Assembly (NCBI GenBank): GCA_937139155.1
Contig: CAKZPI010000042.1
Span: 2,087 to 66,086, forward strand
Direction of reading: 5' to 3'
DNA: 64,000 nt
Source of the DNA: an uncultured Flavobacteriales bacterium
Lineage (GTDB): Bacteria > Bacteroidota > Bacteroidia > Flavobacteriales > JBLHRE01
The notes below the pieces were generated by a model. That model made no database searches, was not told the origin of the DNA, and worked only from the letters and a program-made list of their open reading frames with translations. A program made the translations under genes and the position numbers. Below are positions 60,739-64,000 of this stretch, one piece after another; the first letter of the stretch is position 1; each line of letters starts with the position of its first letter.

Positions 60739-61764
60739 ATGGAGAAATCTTATATGTTGAGAGCCATTGAGTTGGCTAAAAATGGCCGGTATTCTGCAAG
60801 GCCTAATCCCATGGTAGGAGCTGTTTTGGTGGCAAATGGTGAAATTATAGGTGAAGGGTACCATGGTGAATATGGCGGACCCCACGCGGAAGTGATGGCC
60901 ATTAATTCAGTGAGAGACAAGTCTTTGCTAAAATCCGCATGCCTTTATGTAAGCCTTGAGCCCTGCGCTCACCACGGAAAGACCCCTCCCTGCTCTGACT
61001 TGGTTATAGAGTCTGAAATTCCTCGGGTCGTAATTGCCAATCGAGATCCTTTTGAGTCTGTAAATGGAAAGGGAATCGAGAAGATGGAAAGGGCTGGAAT
61101 AAAGGTAGAAATAGGCCTTTGCGAGAGGGAAGCGGAAGAGATGAATCGGGTTTTTCTACACTTCCAAAAAATGAAAAGGCCCTGGATTTGCTTGAAATGG
61201 GCCGAAAGTCAGGATGGTTTTATTGCTCCATTTCAATCAGAAAAGGGTCGTGTGCACTGGATTAGCCATCCTGAAACCCAGGTCCTCACCCACTCTTGGC
61301 GGGCAGAGTTTCAAGGCATTCTCATTGGGTATAAAACCTTTATTGAAGATGATCCTAGTTTAGATACAAGGGCCATTCACGGACCTTCCCCCCGCCCTAT
61401 TTTATGGGCTTCCAAAGGTTTAGGCCAGGAAAAGGGGAAAATCTTAGCCCCTGAAAGAAAGGCGATTATTTTATCGGAAGAGGAGTTTAATTTAGGGAAT
61501 GGAATTTCATATGAATCTGAGGGATTCTTTCACAAACTCTTTGAAATCTGCCGGAAGGAGGGGATTCAAAGCATTCTAATAGAAGGCGGAGCCAAGGTAC
61601 ACCAGGCTTTTATTGAGGCTGGTTACTATGATGAAATCCGACGTATAAAAGGAAAAGGAAAATTGCACAAAGGAGTCAAGGCCACAGAAATCCCAAACAA
61701 TGTGGGCCTTGTAAAACAAAAGCATTTTGGAGGAGATCAAATTGAAACCTTTAGAAGGCAATGA
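60739..61764 (+). CDS. ribD: Bifunctional riboflavin biosynthesis deaminase/reductase RibD
   Basis: It has the deaminase zinc motifs HAEV and PCAHHGKTPPC plus a C-terminal reductase domain. The track start at 60733 is GTG; the first ATG is at 60739. Confidence 0.9.
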   Translation: MEKSYMLRAIELAKNGRYSARPNPMVGAVLVANGEIIGEGYHGEYGGPHAEVMAINSVRDKSLLKSACLYVSLEPCAHHGKTPPCSDLVIESEIPRVVIANRDPFESVNGKGIEKMERAGIKVEIGLCEREAEEMNRVFLHFQKMKRPWICLKWAESQDGFIAPFQSEKGRVHWISHPETQVLTHSWRAEFQGILIGYKTFIEDDPSLDTRAIHGPSPRPILWASKGLGQEKGKILAPERKAIILSEEEFNLGNGISYESEGFFHKLFEICRKEGIQSILIEGGAKVHQAFIEAGYYDEIRRIKGKGKLHKGVKATEIPNNVGLVKQKHFGGDQIETFRRQ

Positions 61765-62624
61765 TTTACATTCTTCTCAGCATTCTTAGTTCAACGGGAA
61801 TCCTAATCCTTTTCAGGTATTTTAAAAAGTTTGAAATCCCCCTATACCCTGCCATTGTTGCAAATTACTTAGTTGCTGGCTCCCTAGGATTCATTATCGA
61901 CTCTGACCAAATTATTTCAGTGTTGAAGGGGTATTCCAATTGGCTTCCTTATTCATTAAGCATTGGCTTTCTCTTCATTACCCTCTTCAATTTAATGGGC
62001 TTAAGCAGTCAAAAAGCGGGGGTTGGTATCACCTCTGTGGCCGTAAAGTTATCTATGGTTATACCGGTTTTAGGAGCCATTTATCTCTTAAATGAACCGG
62101 TAGGTCTGGTAAAAATCATGGCTTTGGTTTTAGCGGTAGCCTCCGTTTGGCTCATTCAACCCAAAAGGTCCGGACTAAAAGATAAGCGAGCAATTTTTTT
62201 GCCCCTTATATTGTTTTTAGGTTCAGGTCTTCTTGATCTACTTTTGAATCAAGTAGAAAGCAGGTATTTAGGCACGGAAGACCTATTGGTATTTACTTCC
62301 GTACTCTTTGGTACAGCCGGTATATTTGGCTTGATTAGTCTACCTGTATTCCTAAAGAAAAACCCAGTAAAGATTGGTTCTAAGGTAGGATTGGCAGGAC
62401 TTGGTTTAGGACTTGTAAACTTTGGCTCCATTTACTTTTTGTTAGGGGCCCTTTCGGGGAAAGGAGTGCCAGGTTCCGTTTTGTTTCCCTTGAATAATTT
62501 GGGCATTGTGCTACTTTCCGGCCTATTGGGCTGGGTGATTTTCGGCGAAAGCCTAAGTTTGCGACAGAAAATAGGTTTTGCTCTGGCCATAATTGCTTTG
62601 AGCTTATTGATTGGGAAGGTATGA
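61761..62624 (+). CDS. Polytopic membrane protein (DMT/EamA-like)
   Basis: About 10 predicted TM helices in two similar halves. It is overlap-coupled to ribD and to the yigZ-like gene. Confidence 0.5.
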   Translation: MIYILLSILSSTGILILFRYFKKFEIPLYPAIVANYLVAGSLGFIIDSDQIISVLKGYSNWLPYSLSIGFLFITLFNLMGLSSQKAGVGITSVAVKLSMVIPVLGAIYLLNEPVGLVKIMALVLAVASVWLIQPKRSGLKDKRAIFLPLILFLGSGLLDLLLNQVESRYLGTEDLLVFTSVLFGTAGIFGLISLPVFLKKNPVKIGSKVGLAGLGLGLVNFGSIYFLLGALSGKGVPGSVLFPLNNLGIVLLSGLLGWVIFGESLSLRQKIGFALAIIALSLLIGKV

Positions 62625-63217
62625 CGGACGGTTATTACAGCCTTAAACGAGAGGGAGAGTTTTTGTACAAGGAAAAAGGTTCAAAATTTATTGGATATGC
62701 CTTTCCATGTGAGGATAAAAACGAATTTGAGGAAAGCTTAAAGGGAATCCAGGCCAAACACCCAAATGCTCGTCATGCCTGCTATGCTTATCGATTCAAT
62801 CCTGAAAACGAAGAGTATAGGGTGAATGATGATGGTGAACCAAGCGGTACAGCTGGTCTCCCTATTTATAATCAAATGAAATCCAATGAATTGTTTCAAT
62901 CTGGGCTGGTTGTTATTCGATATTTCGGGGGCACCAAATTAGGTGCGGCCGGATTGGTACAAGCCTATAAACTTGCAGCCCAAGGAAGCATTTCTGAAGC
63001 CCAAGTAGAATGGAAGCGAAATTTGATTTCCTTGATTTTAGACTTTGCCTACGACCAAACGGGTCCTGTAATGCGAAAGATCAACGAGCTCCCCGTTGAG
63101 ATATTAGAGCAGAGCCATGAAAAAACTACCCGAATAAAACTTGGATTTCTACCCTCTGATCGGGAGCGGGTGATTGAAAATTTTAAACTAATCCATCCAA
63201 TAAAAATTGAAGAATGA
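62621..63217 (+). CDS. YigZ / IMPACT-family protein (UPF0029)
   Basis: The N-terminal domain pattern KGSKFIGYAFP...ARHACYAYRF...DDGEPSGTAG is typical of the YigZ family. Confidence 0.8.
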   Translation: MTDGYYSLKREGEFLYKEKGSKFIGYAFPCEDKNEFEESLKGIQAKHPNARHACYAYRFNPENEEYRVNDDGEPSGTAGLPIYNQMKSNELFQSGLVVIRYFGGTKLGAAGLVQAYKLAAQGSISEAQVEWKRNLISLILDFAYDQTGPVMRKINELPVEILEQSHEKTTRIKLGFLPSDRERVIENFKLIHPIKIEE

Positions 63218-64000
63218 AATTTGATTTGCTAAAAAAACTGGTTGAAGTACATGCTCCGTCTGGTGACGAGTATAAGATGCGTGATTTTCTTGAATCCTAC
63301 CGTAAATCGAACCAAGATGATTGGAAGGTGAAGCCCACCCTTTTGGAAGGAGAATTCATGCAAGACTGTTTAATCTGGGTTTTCGGCGAACAGCCTAAAC
63401 TGGCTGCCTTTGCGCATATGGACAGCATTGGATATACTGTTCGATACCAAAATCAATTGGTGAAAATTGGCGGACCAAAAGGGCTTACTGGAACCCATTT
63501 GGTGGGTGAAGACTCGAATGGAAAAATTGAGGGTGAATTGATCTTAGACAAGGAGAGTAAAACACACCTAAAAACAGACCGAATCATTGATCGGGGAACA
63601 TCCTTAACCTATAAGCCCAATTTTAGAGAAACAGATGAGTACATTCAAAGTCCGTATCTAGACAATAGACTGGGTGTATGGAATTTGCTTCAAGTGGCTG
63701 AAACCTTAGAAAACGGAATTCTCGTCTTTTCCTGTTGGGAAGAGCATGGAGGAGGCTCCGTGGCATATTTGGGTAAGATTATTCAAGAGAAATTTGGGGT
63801 TCACCAAGCCCTTATCTCAGACATCACCTGGGTAACCGAAGGGGTTCGTCATGGGAATGGGGTGGCCATATCCATGCGAGATCGAGGAATTCCACGGCAG
63901 TCGTATGTTCGGAAAATCATTCAAAACGCAAAGGATGCCGGGATAGATTTTCAACTGGAAGTGGAAGATGCTGGAGGCTCTGATGGGAATGTACTAATGG
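63214..64000 (+). CDS. M42 family peptidase (FrvX/glutamyl aminopeptidase-like), 3' end outside the window
   Basis: The frame is open from ATG 63214 to the window end. MKFDLLKKLVEVHAPSGDE, AHMDSIGY, DNRLG and EEHGG are M42 metal-ligand contexts. It is absent from the ORF track because no stop codon falls inside the window. Confidence 0.7.
   Translation, partial: MKFDLLKKLVEVHAPSGDEYKMRDFLESYRKSNQDDWKVKPTLLEGEFMQDCLIWVFGEQPKLAAFAHMDSIGYTVRYQNQLVKIGGPKGLTGTHLVGEDSNGKIEGELILDKESKTHLKTDRIIDRGTSLTYKPNFRETDEYIQSPYLDNRLGVWNLLQVAETLENGILVFSCWEEHGGGSVAYLGKIIQEKFGVHQALISDITWVTEGVRHGNGVAISMRDRGIPRQSYVRKIIQNAKDAGIDFQLEVEDAGGSDGNVLM

Overview
This 64 kb window looks like a mostly housekeeping chromosomal segment of a Bacteroidota-type genome. 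That assignment is inferred from several things: a T9SS C-terminal sorting domain protein, CarboxypepD_reg/TonB-dependent receptor architecture, the bamD-rpoZ-coaBC-DUF4835-recN gene order, a TAnnTTTG-type promoter motif, and many hybrid histidine kinases. Recognisable core genes are ettA, a kbl-like oxoamine synthase, bamD, coaBC, recN, fabI, lysA, clpC, gyrA, a DEAD-box helicase, rny, zapA, rocD, PBP1A, msrA, ung, ssb, dapA, ligA, prmC and ribD. I saw no integrase, transposase, cas gene, rRNA or tRNA.

Accessory or unusual content, in rough order of interest:
1. A 1.08 kb ORF-poor gap between ettA and the kbl-like gene holds four head-to-tail copies of a ~250 bp hairpin-containing unit. This is the most interesting feature. 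It could be a tandem structured RNA, or a cassette array of 49-aa ORFs on the minus strand. Neither the strand nor the coding status can be settled from sequence alone.
2. A ~190 nt 6S-like structured RNA candidate lies between zapA and rny.
3. A near-perfect 32 bp palindrome lies between a divergent zinc-ribbon gene and ssb.
4. A same-strand cluster encodes two single-domain response regulators, a HEAT-like membrane protein, a processive GT2 synthase, two histidine kinases and an Hpt protein. It is followed by a CxxS thioredoxin-fold lipoprotein and a cytochrome c / copper-monooxygenase-like fusion.
5. A minisatellite-rich orphan region follows an MNT/HEPN toxin-antitoxin pair.

All functional calls come from motif and family recognition by eye. 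No database search was possible.
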